From Saprolegnia diclina VS20 (lineage: Eukaryota): 64,000 nucleotides of DNA. Positions 1 to 12,820 of the stretch are shown piece after piece (position 1 is the first letter of the stretch; every line of letters starts with the position of its first letter). The stretch is from NCBI RefSeq assembly GCF_000281045.1, contig NW_008246078.1, positions 173,328 through 237,327 on the forward strand, given 5' to 3'. The notes below the pieces were generated by a model, which had not been told where the DNA came from, did no database searches, and was given only the letters and a program-made list of their open reading frames with translations. The position numbers were made by a program, and so were the translations under genes.

Positions 1-903
1 CAACTGGGCGAACGCCAAGTTCACACCCGACATGAGTTTTGTCAACATTAAGTCAACGGTGCTGCCGTCCGGTCGGTCGAAGACGCTCGCCGATGTGAGC
101 AGCAGCATCGAAGGCCGTGTCCACAACTCGGTCCACAACTTGCTCGGCGGTGACATGCTAACGGCGTCGTCACCCAAGGAACCCATGTTCTGGTCGCACC
201 ACGCACTCATCGACCTCCTCCACACCATCTTCTTTGAGTGCCGCGCCAAGGGTCTCCCAAAGAACGACCCAAGGTCTTTTCGAGCTGCTCGGTGCGCAAC
301 GGACGAGACGTTGATCGATACTCGGTCGTCAACATGCTCGCTGTCGAAGACGTCCCGGGACAGAACGTCGATGAGACGCCGGCCACCCAGGCATGGTTTG
401 CCGATGTCCCTAACAAGTACTACGACCTCTCGGACGTCACAAAGCTCGGCAAGTTCAGCTACAACTACGAGATGAGCGGGTTCCTCAAAGACATGCTTAT
501 CAACTGCGACAACGTCGTCACCAGCAACCGCGAAGACGCCGTCATCGTCGACACGCAACACGTACTCAAGAGCACGTACCGCAAGGACAACGCCGACGAG
601 CGTGACTGGCAGCGCGCCATGATGCAGCTCGGCGCCGCTTCGAACCTCACCGTGTCCGACGCCGAGCTCGAGATGGAGAAGGTCCAGACGCTTCTGTACG
701 AAAACTGCTTTCCCGGCACGATCCAAGATTTCGACCCCGAGTTCAAGAAGCTCATGGGCATGGAGAACATGAAGTCGCACGACCTCATGCTCCTCGAGTC
801 GATCCAGAGCGGCGCCAACCCGATCAAGCTCCCGCTCGACAAGTGGACGGCGATCAACGAGCAGACATACCACTGCCGCGGCGACGTCAAGGTCACGCCC
901 TAG
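1..903 (+). CDS. Tyrosinase-domain (type-3 copper) protein, 5'-partial, with an apparent 1-bp frameshift near 268-270
   Basis: CuB-type motif HNSVHNLLGGDM...SPKEPMFWSHHALIDLLH in ORF 32..475. Coding continues in another frame (ORF 238..903). Adding one C to the CCC run restores ...KNDPKVFSSCSVRNG. Confidence 0.8.
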
Positions 904-1001
904 TGCGCTTAGCGCCGACTGTCGTTATCGATCGCAGTGTGATAACGGGCAATAATGCAAGTACTTTCCATTGTTGCATTCGTTTTTCAACGATCGTTGA
1001 C

Positions 1002-1101
1002 NNNNNNNNNNNNNNNNNNNNNNNNNNNNNNNNNNNNNNNNNNNNNNNNNNNNNNNNNNNNNNNNNNNNNNNNNNNNNNNNNNNNNNNNNNNNNNNNNNN
1101 N
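1002..1101. other. Assembly gap (100 N)
   Basis: Run of N bases. Confidence 1.
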
Positions 1102-1266
1102 GCGACAACTGCACAGTGAGTCGTAGTGGCAAGTGCTATTTTGAACCCGTCACGCACAGTCGGTCGACGAAGAAAACCACATGATTCTAAAGGCACTGTA
1201 TAAAGACGCGTCGGTTTACTACGAGCAAAATCAATGTGGTCGTGTCGTCGTCGGCATCGCGTTTTG

Positions 1267-4200
1267 TTATTCGCCGACCGTCGGCGGACCGGGCTGCTTT
1301 TCACTGTTGTGGATATCTCGCACTTTGCCGTAGAGCTTGGCGCGCCGTAAAACATGGACCGGCTCAATCGACTCGGCAAAGTTCTCAAGGTACCCCTGCA
1401 GCGCTAAGAGCGGAAGGATGCATACGGCGAGCGCCAATGCAATTGTGAGCCAAAACGTGGGCGCGACCGTGAGCCGTGCCCACGCTCCGTACAGATCGCT
1501 CGTCATGCCGTCGTAGATGAGCCCCGAAAGGGCGAAGAAGACGATCGACCCGACATAGCTAAACGTGACCCAGCCCGTCCAGTTGCTACACCAAATACAA
1601 TTGGTCGTCGAGTACAAATACGTAGCAGTACCATGTCTCGAACGAGATGAGCAAGGTCACAATCAAGATGATGCTCATGTACGTCGCGACGCCGTCGCAG
1701 TACATGTCGATGTACGGCACACCTTGCGCAGCGTCGAGAATCACAAGGGGAAAGGTCGTGACGACGATTGCGTGGACAACGCCGATGGCGCTGATGAGCG
1801 CGGTCGTCGGAAGCGAAAAGAGAAGCTAGAAACACCCCATTGTGAAGTTGTCGCCGCCTAGAACAGACGTACGTTGGAGTTGCCGAGAAAGTAGAGCTCG
1901 GGGAATTGCTGCGCGAGCGAGTCGGGCAAACGCTTCTCCATGATGGCGCGGGCGACGACGGGCGCGGCCGTGTAGAGCATGTTGAACGCTTGAATGTACA
2001 GCCCGCTATAATACGTCTACACCAATCCTGCAAGTTGCGTGCGAGTAGACAAGGCGAAAAGCGCACCGTGCCCGAGAAGAGCGAGTACATGCCGTAGATG
2101 AACTGCGGCGCCGTGAACAAAATGTTCTTGTAAAAGAAATAGTTGATGCACTGTGTCACGCGAAAGTAGGACAAACGTCCTACAATGTTGAAATTACACG
2201 ATTTTTCCAAACGCAAAATCTTACCGTGGTAGAGCAACAGACGATCCAGGTGGCGGAATTGCTGAATCGCAAAGTCGGCGCTCCGAACAGCTTGGTGTCC
2301 TTCTTGGCCCGAGACACCGACGCCGACATGCGCTGCGCGGATCATCGACACGTCGTTGGCCCCGTCACCACTAGAAGGACATTTGTACTCGATAAACGAG
2401 TCGAGACTGGATGAGAATATCCCATACACTGCCATGGTCACCCCGGGCACACTCTCCTTGACAAGCTCGACGACAAGTGCTTTTTGAAGCGGCGACATGC
2501 GGCAGACAACGACCGCCGCGCACTCGAGCGTAAACTGTAAAAAGTGCAGTCGGTTGGCGGGCATGAGCGCAAATGAAAGCGAGAAGCCGTCAATGATGAG
2601 CGCGTAGCGGGGCGCCTACGTACTCTAGTAGGAATATAACAATAGGTCTCAGAATACCTCGGCAGTCATGGGGCGTGTCTGCAGCTGCGCCAAGTTCTTG
2701 GCCAGCTCGGCGACGGTCGAACCTTGGAGCACGACCTCGACCATGTCCTTGCCAATGACACGGCACGACCGGCCAATCTCGACGGCGGTCTCGACCTTGT
2801 CACCGGTCAAGACCCAAATCTAACCGTTGAGTGCATTCACTTTCAAGCAGTCACGTCAGCGCGTACCTTGATACCCGCGCGAAGGAGGCGCGTGACGGTC
2901 TCGGGCACGCCATCTTGCAGTTTGTCTTCAATCGCTAGACAAAACAAGCTAGCTGACAAGTTGTACAATGTGTATGAAACCAACCGGTGGACGCCACGTA
3001 GATCATTTTTTGCTCAATTTCGCACACGAGCGCGTCCATACTCGTCTCGCGTCCTTCCATGAGAAGCTCGGCGGCTTTGTACCGCGATTTCCACGCGTCG
3101 TACTCGGCGTCCGTCTAGAAAACTTGAGTATCAATCTATCGAGAAGGACCTGTACCAGCACGCGTTTCGCAAAGCACAGTGTGCGAAGGCCCTCGACCGC
3201 AAATTGCTGGAGGTGGTCCAAGATGCACGCTTTGGACTGCGGCCCAAAATCACTGCAGAGATCTAGAATGGTGCAGTCGGCGCCTACAATAGCCAGTATT
3301 GTTCGTGGCATCGCCGGAAATGTGCAACATTGTCACAGTACCTTTGCAGAGCAGCTCGATCGTGCCGTTGGCGCTTCGAAGAATGACAGACATGCGTTTG
3401 CGCGTGCTGTTGAACGCGAGCACGTGGAGGACCTCAAAGGACGACGTGGGTGGTCCGCTTCCCGACTTTTCCCGAACCGTTGTCAAGAGCATCTACGAGC
3501 ACAATCCGATACATAAAAATATTAGAAAGCGCCAACAAGCAAAAAAGCAAAACAAGCAAAATGGTCTACCGTGTGGTTGTTGCGACCGGTGAACGCCATG
3601 CCGAGGTCCCGCGCCGCGCGCACCAAGGCGCCTTCGTCGGGCGAGTCGGCCATGTACTGGATCGTAGACACGCCGTCGTCATTGGGCACCTTCTCGCAGA
3701 GGACCGTGTGGCAGAGCGCCATGGCTTGAATGAACGTGGCTTCGGGGGTCCCCGCCCGCTCGCCCGCTTGTTGGAGTTCGTAGAGCGACCAGACTTTGGG
3801 TTGTTGACTTTGCACCGGTGTGTTGACAATACTGGTACTAAATGTGGACATGTGCGGGAGCGTCGCTTCACTCAGTGTTGTGGTCACTGCTGTCGATGGC
3901 AACTTGGGCTCCTTTCCGCTCGGGGGGGACGGGGGGGGCGAAAACATCGAGTAGATGCGACCGGCGACGCTGCATTTTCGAAACTCCATGCGGTTCTCCG
4001 TGAGCGTGCCCGTCTTGTCCGAGAAGAGATAGTTGACTTGCCCGAGCTCTTCCATGAGTGCGGGCGTGTTGGCGCTGGCGCCGTCGCCCTAAGTCCATTC
4101 CTTATTTTGAAAGATTGATACACACTCGATACAAAACATACGTTGGGGAGCTTCATGTGCAGATCCCACACGACAAACTTGGCATGCAGCGCCTTGACAA

Positions 4201-5539
4201 TCTCGACGCTACCATCAAAATTCACATGACGGCAAAATCGGACTGGGGCCGTCTACCTCACAACGAGCGAGCTTGGAATGAACGTGTTGAGGAGCACGAC
4301 AAAGCTCAAAAACGTGAGCACGCCCGCAACGAGGTCGGTCTCGGCTTCGCCCTCGCCCGTCACAAAAAGCGCTTCGAATGCGGTCTCGGACGTCCAGAGG
4401 TTGTGGTAGATGGCCCCTGCGACGCACAAGGCGACTTGGAAAATGAAGATAAACACCACGATCTGGTTGACAATGCTGTCGACGTGACTCAGCTTGTGGT
4501 GCGGACGCTTGGCGTTGAGCATCATCTTGGTCTCGGCGCCTACGCCACGTCCACCATATCGCAAAATGAAAAAATGAAAAAATGAAAAAATGAAGAATAT
4601 AAAAATATAAATGAAAAAATGTGAAAATGTACAATCAAAATGGCACGCACCCGTATAGACGACGCAAAACAAGATCGACTTGGTGTTGCGCAGCGTTGAC
4701 CCGCGTGGCAGCAGCTGCTGCTCGTCCAACGCATAGACATTCGAACCGATGGAGAGCGTGCCGGTAAACTTGTACAAGTCGACGTTCGGCGGCTCGCACT
4801 TGACGTGAAAGGCCGGCAACGGCGACTGGATCGAAAAGCTCATGGTCGCTGGCAGCGCAATGCGCGTCTTGAGGTTGGCTTCGCCATCGAGATTGCTCGT
4901 ATCAATGAGGCAGGCACCTACACCCATGATGCCATCGTCAACTGCCAGTACGATATGGCCGCTCCACCATTTTCTTCGGACGTTGCAAGCAAGAGACCGT
5001 CGGCGGGAAACGACGCCTTGTCGTGCACCTCGACCATGTCCCCGACCTATATAAAGCCTTAGGATGAAGCGAGCGTTCTAGCTACCAAGATATATCCTAC
5101 GCAAATGTCCTGCCACGTCACTGACAAGAGCTGGCCTTTTCGAAGCACTTGGATCGGCGTCGTGTTGGTCTTCTCATCCAGCACGTGGCGGTTCTACAGC
5201 AGATTGATATAAACTCCAACATGACAAACGTACGTGGTCTTCGATCGCCTCGCGAAGGAGGACGATGCCGACGACAAGGACGAGCGGCGTGACAGCGGTC
5301 ATGGGACCGACGGGCGATATCGCCGACCACGACTGCAGCACGGCAATGATCAAAAAGTAAAAGTTGGTCGACTAAAGCCAATCGAGTAGAAAAAAGATGG
5401 GAAAACAGAAGCGACGTACGAGGCGAAACGCAAGGTACAAGGCGACGGGAAGGAAGTTGAGGAGCGTGTACTTGGACGTGCGCATCTGGTTGGACGCAAA
5501 CTTGCCCGGCGCCGCGGGCTCCACGACGCGGAGGTCCAT
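1267..5539 (-). CDS. P4-type (phospholipid-flipping) P-type ATPase, multi-exon
   Basis: N-terminal [47 protein letters not shown] (phosphorylation site), [54 protein letters not shown] and C-terminal TM helices. The 3' end is approximate. Confidence 0.93.
4562..4630. repeat. Intronic A-rich tandem repeat (AAAAAATG-like units)
   Basis: aaaatgaaaaaatgaaaaaatgaaaaaatgaag... inside a P4-ATPase intron. Confidence 0.7.
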
Positions 5540-6129
5540 GGCAAAGTGCAGTTTCACCCAAGCTAAGATTGGCCTGTCTACCGGTTTCAAACCGGTCGAC
5601 GGCCACGGTTGTGCCAACCGGTTGCCGATTACTAAAATGCTGCATGCCGACAGTGCCACGTCATGGCCGCATCCGTGTGGCCTGTAGACCCACTACATCT
5701 AAGCACCGTAGACCCTTCCGACGTACTAGTACTGTGCAGCATTCGTCTCGCACCACAGTGTACGTACGAGCGTCAAATGGCTTCGTGCCCCTTGGCGCGA
5801 TGGCCATTGATGTGATCCTTCCGGGTCGGTCACGGATTACCATCGTTGAGGTTTTTGTTGACACAGGTTCTTCCGCCTCGAAACGACCAGCGTACCGCAG
5901 CGCACACGTCATCCTCTTCCTTCCAACGTACTCGTCGAGCAAAGGGCAGAGCTGCAATATAGGTATGCGCGAAAGATGTATAGCCACTGCGTGAATAAGC
6001 TGTCGAGACGAGTTGCGTCGTGGCTTGCGTCTACGAGTACGCTAAGAGCGAGTGAGTGCACTTGGTCGTGGGCACCACCAATGCCACCTTACACGGTCAC
6101 GCGTGGTACGACGATGGCGCTCGAGAGGA

Positions 6130-6146
6130 ATATATATATATATATA
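6130..6146. repeat. (AT)n microsatellite
   Basis: atatatatatatatata. Confidence 0.8.
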
Positions 6147-6222
6147 GCGTCGGATGATTAAAATAAGATCTGGTTCGGGTGGCACGCCTTTCCTTTGGGG
6201 CGGGTAGAGGTGTGAGCGGGGC

Positions 6223-6879
6223 TTACCGCGGGAGGCGTCGGCGCGCGACGGCGCCTTGTCGCGTCGCCACGTCGTCCTTGACGGTCGAGAGCGCTGTTCG
6301 CGTCGGCTGTAGCGCACCACAGGGCGGGCTAATGTGGTGCGCCGCCGCGTCCGCCCCTCTGTCCGTTGACTGGAACGTCCGAGGTTTCATTCTACACGGT
6401 AGAACAGGCGTTTAGCCCGGCGACGGCGAAGGAGGTGCGGAAAGGACGGACGGTGTTGACGGAAGGCTCTCGGTCGCTGGTGTCGCTGGCCTCGGCGACG
6501 GCGGCGGAAGGTCCGCGGCCGGCGACCGTGGCGGTGTGCTGGGCATCGAGCTTGGTGACACGGGGCTTTTGCTCGGTTGCGGCGTCGCAGGTGGGCTGGC
6601 GGTCATGGCATCCGAGACTGTGCGTTGGCTATCGTTCTCTTGCGCATCGGCGGCGGCGGCGGCGGCGAGCTCGTCGTCAAGGGACCGAACGACGGCCACG
6701 GCGACGCGCTCCTCACTGGCAGCGTCGACCTCGTCGTCCTGTGGCACGAGCGCGAGCCGCGGGATCTTGCGGATGGTCTGCCGCTTGCGCTTGCGCGGTG
6801 CGCCGGGGCACTCGATCTCCTTGCGCACGCGCGGAGGGCTGGCCTCGCCCGAGCTGTACCCGTCGGCCTTGCGCTTCAT
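6223..6879 (-). CDS. Hypothetical disordered Ser/Thr-Pro-rich protein (~198 aa; exons 6879-6452 and 6391-6223)
   Basis: ATG at 6879 (MKRKADGYSS...). A 60-nt GTCCGT...GTGTAG intron (6451-6392) removes the in-frame TAA and extends the frame to ...RTALSTVKDD...AVARRRLPR*. Confidence 0.55.
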
Positions 6880-7254
6880 CGGAACACTTGCAGCTGAGCG
6901 GTGAAACAGCCGCTTTTCACACGCGTGTATTCGAATTCTCGCGTGTGGGATTCGAATTTTCCAAGCTCTACCTTTATATTGCATATTTTATATTCCCGTT
7001 GTATGCAAAAACAAAGTGCAACGGTCACATCTCCAATATCAATATCAATACTGTGTTCACAAAATGCATTTTAACATCTCACATCAAGCGTTTCAAATAT
7101 AATGTTTGCAATGGACCCTCTTAAACTGGATATGTGTATAGTATACTCAGCGCAAGTGAATATTCGACTTTCTATCAAATGCAATGGTCCTCATTACCGT
7201 CACTCCGACACCAACACTCTGCAATATCTTGTATCTTGAAGCGGCGCACGCACC

Positions 7255-7795
7255 ATGGACACGGGCGATGTACGTGGCAGGCTGGACGCGGGCGAAGTCA
7301 ACGCGCTACGTAGAGCGAGTTTAGCATCGACGACGTCCTGCCCATCTCCAAGAACGTACTTTGTATCGTATGCGCTTCGGCATGCTGCATACGCGTCGTA
7401 GGCGATCGAGGCGACGCTCAAGGACACCGTGTACAACCGCAAGAAGGTCAACGACTGGACCAACTCGCTCGTGGCGCTTGTGCTCAATGGCCTCCAGAAC
7501 CTCAACAAGCCGTTCAAATACGCGGGTAGCCTCTATCTGCCTGTCCAACGTCCTATTGTATATGGCTAGTCACGTGCCTCATCATGCAAAAGACGGGCGC
7601 CGGCGTCGCGACCGCCGCCGCTTGCTACTGGGACACGGTTCTCGACGGTACGTCCGCCTATGTGTGGTTTCATTCGACAAGCTAAGGGTGCTAGGCTACT
7701 GCACGGTGCTGTGGGAAAACAGCACCATCCAATGCGTCGTAACCGTGTACGGCGCTGGCATTTCGCCGTCCGTGAGCAAGCACGGCGAGCACTAG
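7255..7795 (+). CDS. Dynein light chain, Tctex-1 family (5 exons)
   Basis: Manual splicing across four GT-AG introns gives MDTGD-SEFSIDDVLPISKN-AIEATLKDTVYNRKKVNDWTNSLVALVLNGLQNLNKPFKYA-VTCLIMQKTGAGVATAAACYWDTVLD-GYCTVLWENSTIQCVVTVYG, matching the Tctex-1 consensus. Confidence 0.9.
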
Positions 7796-7863
7796 GTAGT
7801 TGCGATCGCTCTGTAGATACATTGACCACACAACCGCATGGTACGCGTCGCCAACACAGTTGT

Positions 7864-7910
7864 AAAAACCAAAAAAAACAAAAAACAAAAAAAACAAAAA
7901 AAACAAAAAA
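7864..7910. repeat. Poly-A/(A)nC low-complexity tract between convergent genes
   Basis: aaaaaccaaaaaaaacaaaaaacaaaaaaaacaaaaaaaacaaaaaa. Confidence 0.7.
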
Positions 7911-7951
7911 TGGTTTTTCCCGGTATTGAAGTCATGGATACCCTGTTGGGC

Positions 7952-10900
7952 TCATGTGAGCTTGGCCAACAGACCGAGGCACGCATGCGCGAGCTCGGCA
8001 ATCTCGGGCGCGGTCGCCAGAAACTTGCGCGCGACGTTTTCGATCGGCGACGACAGCAAGAGCAGCTGCTGCTCGTACATGGCTTGCTTGCCCGAGGCTT
8101 CGACGTCTACCGTCGCCATTGTGCGCACGTACTCGAGGCACGACTGGACGGCAAAGAGGTGGCGGTGGACAAGCTCCGGCGCGTCGCACTCGATCAAGAT
8201 CGGCCCAAAGGTCTCAATCGCCTTTTGCTCCAGAAGCACAGCGCAAACCTAACCCGATCTGTCACGCCACGTCATATATTCGCAACGAACGTACGACGGG
8301 GTACTGGCTGACCATCGCGATCGCTCCGGACGCGGCACGGGCCGTCGCCAAGTCTTCGTCGGCTTCCTCAAGCGACGCAAACGCGAGCCAGAGACGGACC
8401 TTCTCGGGCTGGCAAAAGATCTTTTCGAGGACTTCGTCCGAGGGCAGGAGGTTCGTGAGGCACTCGGTGGCCGCGCGGCGCACCATCGTATGGTCCGAAA
8501 ACTGCAAATATTGAATCGTCGTCAAGCCATTGTTGGAGAGAATGCTACGGCCGACATTGGACACCTTGTCATTTCACGACAAACACGTACCGGGCCTTGG
8601 TTTCATCCGAGACGCTCGCCACATTGGTAAGCGCCATGAGCGCTTCAAACTGCATCAAGTTCGACTCGGCCTTGAGCAACTCCATGAGCGGGTAGATGGA
8701 CGAGAGCAGCTGCGACGCCGGGATCAAGTGCGGGTTGGTCGTGATGAGGATCTTGGCCACCGCGTGCCGGGCGTGGGGCGTCGAGAGCGAGAGCATGGCG
8801 GAGAAGAGGCCGCCTTGCACGAGCTTGCCACGGCCCTCAACGTACTCGGTCGCATGCAGTACACTACGGACACTCGACTGTCGCATACAGTGTTTACGTG
8901 GCTCAAGTACCTCTGGGTTGCTTGGTCGAGGATCGCCGGCGACCCCTTGCACTTGAGTAGCTGCAAAAGCGTCAGAATACTCTGCGAGTGATCGAGCACC
9001 GCTGCGATGCGCTTGGTCACTTGCTCGACCGAGTCGCCGTCGTCGAGCTCGGACTTTTGCTTGAGAGCTTTCTGCAGCTCTTCGTACTGCTCGGGCGTGA
9101 GCTCCGAGTTTTGCATCTTTTGGCGCTTGAGGTGCGACTCGGACGTGAGCAAGTGAAAGAGAATGTACGAAATGCCATACAGCAGATTCGACGGTGTCGA
9201 CGTGGCCGAGATGTCGGTCAAAAGCGGCTCCAGCGCTCTGGGCCGACGCACCTAGCGTTCACCATGTCGTATCTCAAAAAGCAGCCAGCCGTACCAGCGC
9301 GTCCTTGACCGGCGTAAACGTAATCAAGTACGAGAGCGCTTCGACCGCACGCTCCCGCGCCGTGGACCCAACGATCGACGCCGTCACGGGCGCCTACTCG
9401 CACCGTCACCACCCTTCGTAGCCCTTGAGGACGTACGTTGTGCACGGCCTCGAGGAGCGAGAGCACTTGGTTGATCATAATGTCGCCGACGGGCGTCGCC
9501 GGGTCAAATGTCTTGTCGACAAGGCTCATCTTGACGACCGCCGCGAGCGCAGCCGACTGCAGCTTGAGCTGGTGCGGCTCCATCGAGCACTGCAGCAACT
9601 TCCTATCCAAAATCCACACTGGTCAAATACAGGTGTATCACGCCGACATACCCGAGCTCCATGCGCAGCTCGATCGGGATCGCGGCCATGCCAGCCTCCG
9701 AACCTAAGAATGGTCATCTCCATGTCGAGGCAATTCTTCAATGGAAAGTCGGTACCGGCAATGTACGCGACGAGGTCCATCACAAGCTCTTGGTACTTGA
9801 GGCTGTGGGCAGCAGACTTTTGACGCAGCAAGACGTCGCTGAGCTGCTTCAAGAACGCAGGATGCGACTGCATCATGTGCGCCCCGAGCTTGGCGTTGGC
9901 GAGGAAGACACCCGAGAGCAAGACACACCCGGGCGACGCGTCTTCCATGGTCGATGCACCGACGACCGGGTCGACGCAATACTCGCGGACAATACGCTCC
10001 ATCTCCGACTCGGAAAAGAGCGCAAGCAGCTGTGAAAACACCATCGAAATCGACGACACGACGCGGTCGCGCAGCAAATTGCTATGAAAAGGCAGCAAAA
10101 TCGGTGAAAAGACGGGAAAAGTTGGACGACGTACGCTTGCGAGAGGAGGAGCGAGAAGACGCCCATTTCTTCCATCCAGAGCGCCATTGTCGATGCGTTC
10201 GACTTGACCTGGAGCACGTGCTTGAGGAGCACGTCGAGCGTGGCCTGCTGCAGCACGTCGGTCGACGTCCGGAGGCCCTGGAACGTCGCATCGAGGAGCT
10301 GCCGCACCGGCGCATGCGCTGCCTGGATGTCGTTCGAGACAGTCACAAGGTGCGCTGCAAGCACGCCCGTGAGCGACACGACGGCTGCGATGAGACCGAT
10401 CGTAGCGTCGTCCGCGTCGGCGGGCACGGGCATCGGGACCAAGGCAGCGAGGAGCGTGGCGTCGATCGCTGCATAGACCGCCGCGCCGTGGTGCTTGGCC
10501 ATGTTGGCCAAAATGCGCAGGCCGCGCGCTTGCAATGAACGGTCCTTGGCGTCCACGACACACGTCTGCCAGAGCATGCGCTCGCCGCCGAGGTCGAGGA
10601 CGTCGCGGTAGATGGACGGTGCGTTCTCCGGCGACTGGTGCTCGAGGAACGCCAGCGCGTCGTTGGACGGAAGCGCCTTCAACGCCTTTCCAACCCCCGA
10701 GGCGTCCTTCCGAGCCTTCTCTTGCAACGTGCGCAGCAGTGCCTGGGCGGGCTTGTTGCTCGGCGAGAGCTGCAGCACGGCCTTGAGGTCGCGCGCACTG
10801 GCCGCGAGCTGGTCCGTCTCCATGTACGCTTGCGCGCGGCGAAAGAGGAGCTTCTCCATGATGGTGTCGGGCAGGCGCGAGGCTTGCGCCTTGGCGAGCG

Positions 10901-11093
10901 CGTCGTCGACCGACGAAATCGCAGCCGCAAAGTCGCGCAGCTTGAGATGGCAGAGCGCAATGTTGCTCAGCAAGGTGCACTGCATCTCATTCGGTACATC
11001 GGCACAGGCCAGCGCGCCCTTGTAGCTGCCAACGGCCTCGGCAAACGAGCCGCGCTGGAAGAGCGCCGTCGCCCGGTCCTTGTGGGCGTCCAT
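7952..11093 (-). CDS. UNC-45-like myosin chaperone (N-terminal TPR + ARM/UCS domain), multi-exon
   Basis: TPR repeats (KDRATALFQRGSFAEAVGSY...KLLFRRAQAY...DLKAVLQLSPSNK). UCS motifs RGKLVQGG, ARHAVAKILITTNP, LMQFEALMALTNVAS, DHTMVRRAATECLTNL, ATARAASGAIAM. Confidence 0.85.
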
Positions 11094-11775
11094 CGTGGCA
11101 CTTGAAATGACTACGTCCGGATACGATGCGCACCAACCTACCAGAAGCGTCTTTGTCCGGAAACATCCTATAGCAATATCAAGTCTAATAGAGTCGTTCT
11201 TGGTAAATCTCCCTATATTGAGACTCTCAGGATAATATGGTTTAAGGGACTTGGCCGTGGACGACATCGGCCGTCCTCGAAATCGGCGCCAATGCGCTCT
11301 CCAGTCGCCTGCAACGAGCTGTACCAGTGTGGACGCGACCGACGCTGCCTCCAATGGGCAGGCGCAAGCTGTCCCGATACTGCCGCCTGCAAGGCCGCGC
11401 CGGCGAAGAACCACTGCCCGGACCCAGGGCGCGGACCGCCACACCGTCGCGTCTCTGGCGACGCCTTGGCTCTGTGGCCAGCGATGCAGCCGCAGAGGCT
11501 CGAAAATGCTACCGATAGGTCGAAGCAACCAAACAAAGGATGGGGCCTTGTCAGGTGTGGTGTGTGCCATGGCTGTCTGCTGCTGGTGCCAGGATGCAAA
11601 GCTCGAGGAGGTTGGCCGCCAGCACCGAACTTGTGGCGTGCGGCACGCAGCAGCAAAGCTCAGCTGGGTCAAGATCGTACGTAGCCACGTCACATTCAAG
11701 GTACAGCGTGTTGCTCATCCGTTAATCATCATCGTTGGCTGATAGAGGAGGAGGCGTCTTCGTCTTCTTAGCTGC

Positions 11776-12820
11776 TTACTGCTTGGCGTCCAACGAGGCC
11801 GCGCCGGAAATAATTTCGATGAGCTCGGTCGTGATGCGCGACTGGCGGGCCTTGTTGTACACGAGGCGGAGGCTCGAGATCAAGTCGGACGCGTTGCTCG
11901 ACGCGTTCTCCATGGCCGTCATGCGCGACGACTCCTCCGACGTGTTCGACTCGAGCATGCCGTGGAAGATGGCGGTCGCGAGCTGGAACTCCTTGAGGTC
12001 GAGGAGGACTTCCTCCTTGTTGTCGGGCTCGAGCTCATAGTCGGCGTACGTCTCGGGGTCCGTGTTGATCGTGCGGATCGACTGCTGGTACGAAATGGCC
12101 GACTGGAACTTGTTGAAGATCACGTGGAGCTTCTCGTCGGCCGGCGTCACGGCGAGCACGACTTCGGCGAGCGCCGACGCCTTGGCAAAGTTGGTCGGGT
12201 TGATCCACGTCTCGGTGGCGTTAGCAATGATGTACTTGCCGTGCGTGCGGCGAAGCTGGCCACGGCCCTTGTCACCAATCGAGAAGATGCTCGAGTTGTC
12301 CGTCACATCGTTGATCTGGAGGCGGACCGCCTTGGCAATGTACGAGTTGCAACCACCGCAGAGACCACGGTCCGACGTGATGGGCACAAACGTGTTGTGG
12401 CCTTCCTTGAGCTCCTCGGCGGGCACGTAGCCATCCTTCTCGTAGATGCGAAGCTTCGAGTTGGTGTTTTCCAACCACGTCTACAAGTGCATGAGAGGCC
12501 ACGTCGTGGCATCAACGCACGTACGGCGAACGGGCGACCGTCGTTCATGCGACGCTCGGCGCCACGCATCTTGGCGGCCGACACCATCTTCATCGACTTG
12601 GTGATCTTGGCGATGTTGGACGTGGCGTTGATACGCATGAGAACTATACATCGCCATGAGCCACCTGCATCACGCGCGCGCCATTGCACGTACTCTGCTT
12701 CTCCGTGGCCATGCCACGGGCGCCAGCGACCCTACGAAGCAAGGCCATCATGAGCGTCTACCTCGCCGACCTCCATGGAGCGTACTTGATCGCGGCTACG
12801 TTGCGGGACACCAAGGACAT
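11776..12820 (-). CDS. ATP3: Mitochondrial F1 ATP synthase gamma subunit, multi-exon
   Basis: MSLVSRNVAAIK...GMATEKQILMRINATSNIAKITKSMKMVSAAK; ITSDRGLCGG; SEESSRMTAMENASSNA...YNKARQSRITTELIEIISGA. Confidence 0.96.

Noticed and set aside
6312..6342. 10-bp inverted repeat (GCGCACCACA...TGTGGTGCGC) as a terminator or ncRNA
   Set aside because: Single short stem in GC-rich, probably coding sequence; compatible with chance.
11094..11699. In-frame upstream extension of the UNC-45-like ORF (608-aa call)
   Set aside because: Non-ATG start, non-coding-like composition, and the TPR domain begins right after the ATG at 11093.
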